A DNA stretch of 32,000 bases from assembly GCF_000526155.1 (NCBI RefSeq), contig NZ_JAFN01000001.1, positions 1,605,014 through 1,637,013 of the forward strand, given 5' to 3'. Source of the stretch: Deferrisoma camini S3R1. GTDB taxonomy: Bacteria; Desulfobacterota; Deferrisomatia; Deferrisomatales; Deferrisomataceae. This document shows positions 30,641 to 32,000 of the stretch, piece by piece; position 1 is the first letter of the stretch, and each line of letters opens with the position of its first letter. A program made the translations under genes and the position numbers. The notes beneath the pieces were generated by a model. The model had not been told where the DNA came from and did no database searches. It saw only the letters and a list, made by a program, of their open reading frames with translations.

Positions 30641-30713
30641 CCCTGGGCCGGGGCCTGTGGCAAAGTGAGCCGCCGTGTCTCCGTTCTGGCCCGCGAAAGG
30701 AGCGCCGTTCCCC

Positions 30714-31853
30714 ATGAAGATCCTCCTCGTGGTGGGTGCCCGGCCCAACTTCATGAAGATCGCCCCCATCGTCCGCGCGATCCGCGCCTGGAACGGGGCC
30801 CATCCCGACCGATCCATCGAGCACCGCCTCGTGCACACCGGCCAGCACTACGACGAGCGCATGTACAAGGCGTTCTTCGAGGATCTCCAGATCCCGCCGC
30901 CCGATGTGGACCTGGAGGTGGGCTCCGGGTCCCATACCTTTCAGACGGCCCACGTGATGCTGCGGTTTGAAAAGGTGTGCGAGGCCGAGCGGCCCGACTG
31001 GGTGCTGGTGGTGGGCGACGTGAACTCCACCATGGCCGCGAGCCTGGTGGCGGTGAAGATGGGCATCCGGGTGTGCCACGTGGAGGCCGGGCTCCGGAGC
31101 CGCGACCGCACCATGCCCGAGGAGATCAACCGTCTGGTCACCGATGCCGTGGCCGACCTGCTGTTCACCACCAGCCGCGACGCCGACGAGAACCTCAAGG
31201 CCGAGGGCGTGCCCCCGGAGAAGATCCGGTTCGTGGGCAACGTGATGATCGACACCCTGCTCGCCCAGGTCCGCCGGCTGTCGGACCTGGGGCTCCGGCC
31301 GCTGGTGGCCCCGGGCCAGCGCTATGGGGTTCTCACCCTTCACCGGCCCAGCAACGTGGACCGGCGCGAGGTCCTCACCCGGCTCCTGGGCGCCATCGAA
31401 GAGGTGGCCCGGGACCTGCCCATCGTGTTCCCGATCCACCCCCGCACCCGAAAGATGGCCCGCGAGTTCGGGATCGACAGCGGATTCCGGCCCCTTCCCG
31501 AGCCGGAGGGGCGGCTCGATCCAGGGCTGTACGTGACCGAGCCCCTGGGCTACCTGGACTTCCTGAACCTCTGGAAGGACGCGGCCCTGGTGCTGACCGA
31601 CTCGGGCGGGCTCCAGGAGGAGACCACGGCCCTGGGCATCCCGTGCCTGACCCTGCGGGAGAACACGGAGCGGCCGGTCACGATCTGGGAGGGGACCAAC
31701 ACCCTGGTGGGCACGGACCCGGAGGCCATCCAGGCCGAGGCCCGCAAGGCCCTGGACGGCCGGGGCAAGGCCGGCCGCGTGCCGGAGCTGTGGGACGGCA
31801 GGGCCGCCGAACGGATCGTGGCGGCGTTGATGGAAGAGGGGCCGGAAGGCTAG
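30714..31853 (+). CDS. wecB: UDP-N-acetylglucosamine 2-epimerase (non-hydrolysing)
   Basis: ORF 30675..31853 trimmed to the ATG at 30714 (MKILLVVGARPNFMKIAPIV). Contains HTGQHYD, VVGDVNSTMAA, HVEAGLRS, MPEEINR and TDSGGLQEE motifs. Confidence 0.9.
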   Translation: MKILLVVGARPNFMKIAPIVRAIRAWNGAHPDRSIEHRLVHTGQHYDERMYKAFFEDLQIPPPDVDLEVGSGSHTFQTAHVMLRFEKVCEAERPDWVLVVGDVNSTMAASLVAVKMGIRVCHVEAGLRSRDRTMPEEINRLVTDAVADLLFTTSRDADENLKAEGVPPEKIRFVGNVMIDTLLAQVRRLSDLGLRPLVAPGQRYGVLTLHRPSNVDRREVLTRLLGAIEEVARDLPIVFPIHPRTRKMAREFGIDSGFRPLPEPEGRLDPGLYVTEPLGYLDFLNLWKDAALVLTDSGGLQEETTALGIPCLTLRENTERPVTIWEGTNTLVGTDPEAIQAEARKALDGRGKAGRVPELWDGRAAERIVAALMEEGPEG

Positions 31854-31860
31854 CCCGCCC

Positions 31861-32000
31861 CTACCCCACCTTGGCCAGCTCCAGCCGGCCGGCCCACCGG
31901 TCCTGGAGGGCCTCGCGCAGGGCCGGGTACCGGCCGGCCCGCAGGCCCGGGTCCTCGGCGAGCACCCGGGCCGCCAGGTCCCGGGCCACCTGCAGCAGGG
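31861..32000 (-). CDS. C-terminal fragment of an unidentified protein (gene starts beyond window end)
   Basis: My reverse translation ends ...LLQVARDLAARVLAEDPGLRAGRYPALREALQDRWAGRLELAKVG-stop (TAG = revcomp of 31861-31863). The GC3 pattern is consistent with coding. No function assignable. Confidence 0.3.
   Translation of the reverse strand, partial: LLQVARDLAARVLAEDPGLRAGRYPALREALQDRWAGRLELAKVG

Overview
GC-rich bacterial chromosomal window. Codon third positions are almost all G/C, so many long antisense ORFs in the track are artefacts. There are three blocks.

(i) 1-2.4 kb: housekeeping secD<-yajC<-tgt on the minus strand.

(ii) About 3.1-23 kb: an island that looks like anaerobic phenol-type activation and carboxylation.
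- A sigma54 promoter is followed by phenylphosphate-synthase-like ppsA/ppsB, an archaeal-type riboflavin kinase homolog and a HAD phosphatase.
- A LysR regulator is transcribed divergently from an operon holding two UbiD-family carboxylase subunits, a KdsC-like phosphatase subunit, an 84-aa subunit candidate, a third divergent UbiD paralog and UbiX.
- Downstream are a PaaK-type CoA ligase with two unknown small proteins, a PAS histidine kinase, a GHMP/beta-RFAP-synthase-like protein, a MetA-phenol-family outer-membrane channel and an NtrC-type sigma54 activator.

(iii) 23-32 kb: nrdD-grx-nrdG (minus strand), an ECF sigma with a ZAS anti-sigma, trxA, an FmdB zinc ribbon protein, a TlpA-like lipoprotein, a SagB-type nitroreductase, cspA, a small basic protein and wecB.

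The most unusual signal is non-coding. Nearly every intergenic gap is assembled from a small vocabulary of repeated modules:
- foldback MITE-like elements with ATRCCAAGTYGC termini (4 full copies and at least 3 partial ones);
- a ~190-bp leader element upstream of two unrelated genes;
- GGCCCCTGCGGGGCC hairpins;
- 7/8/14-nt tandem arrays;
- a GAAGTTAC-plus-SD cassette placed directly in front of start codons.

I found no rRNA, tRNA, CRISPR array, transposase or integrase gene. All homology calls come from reading motifs by eye; no database search was run.
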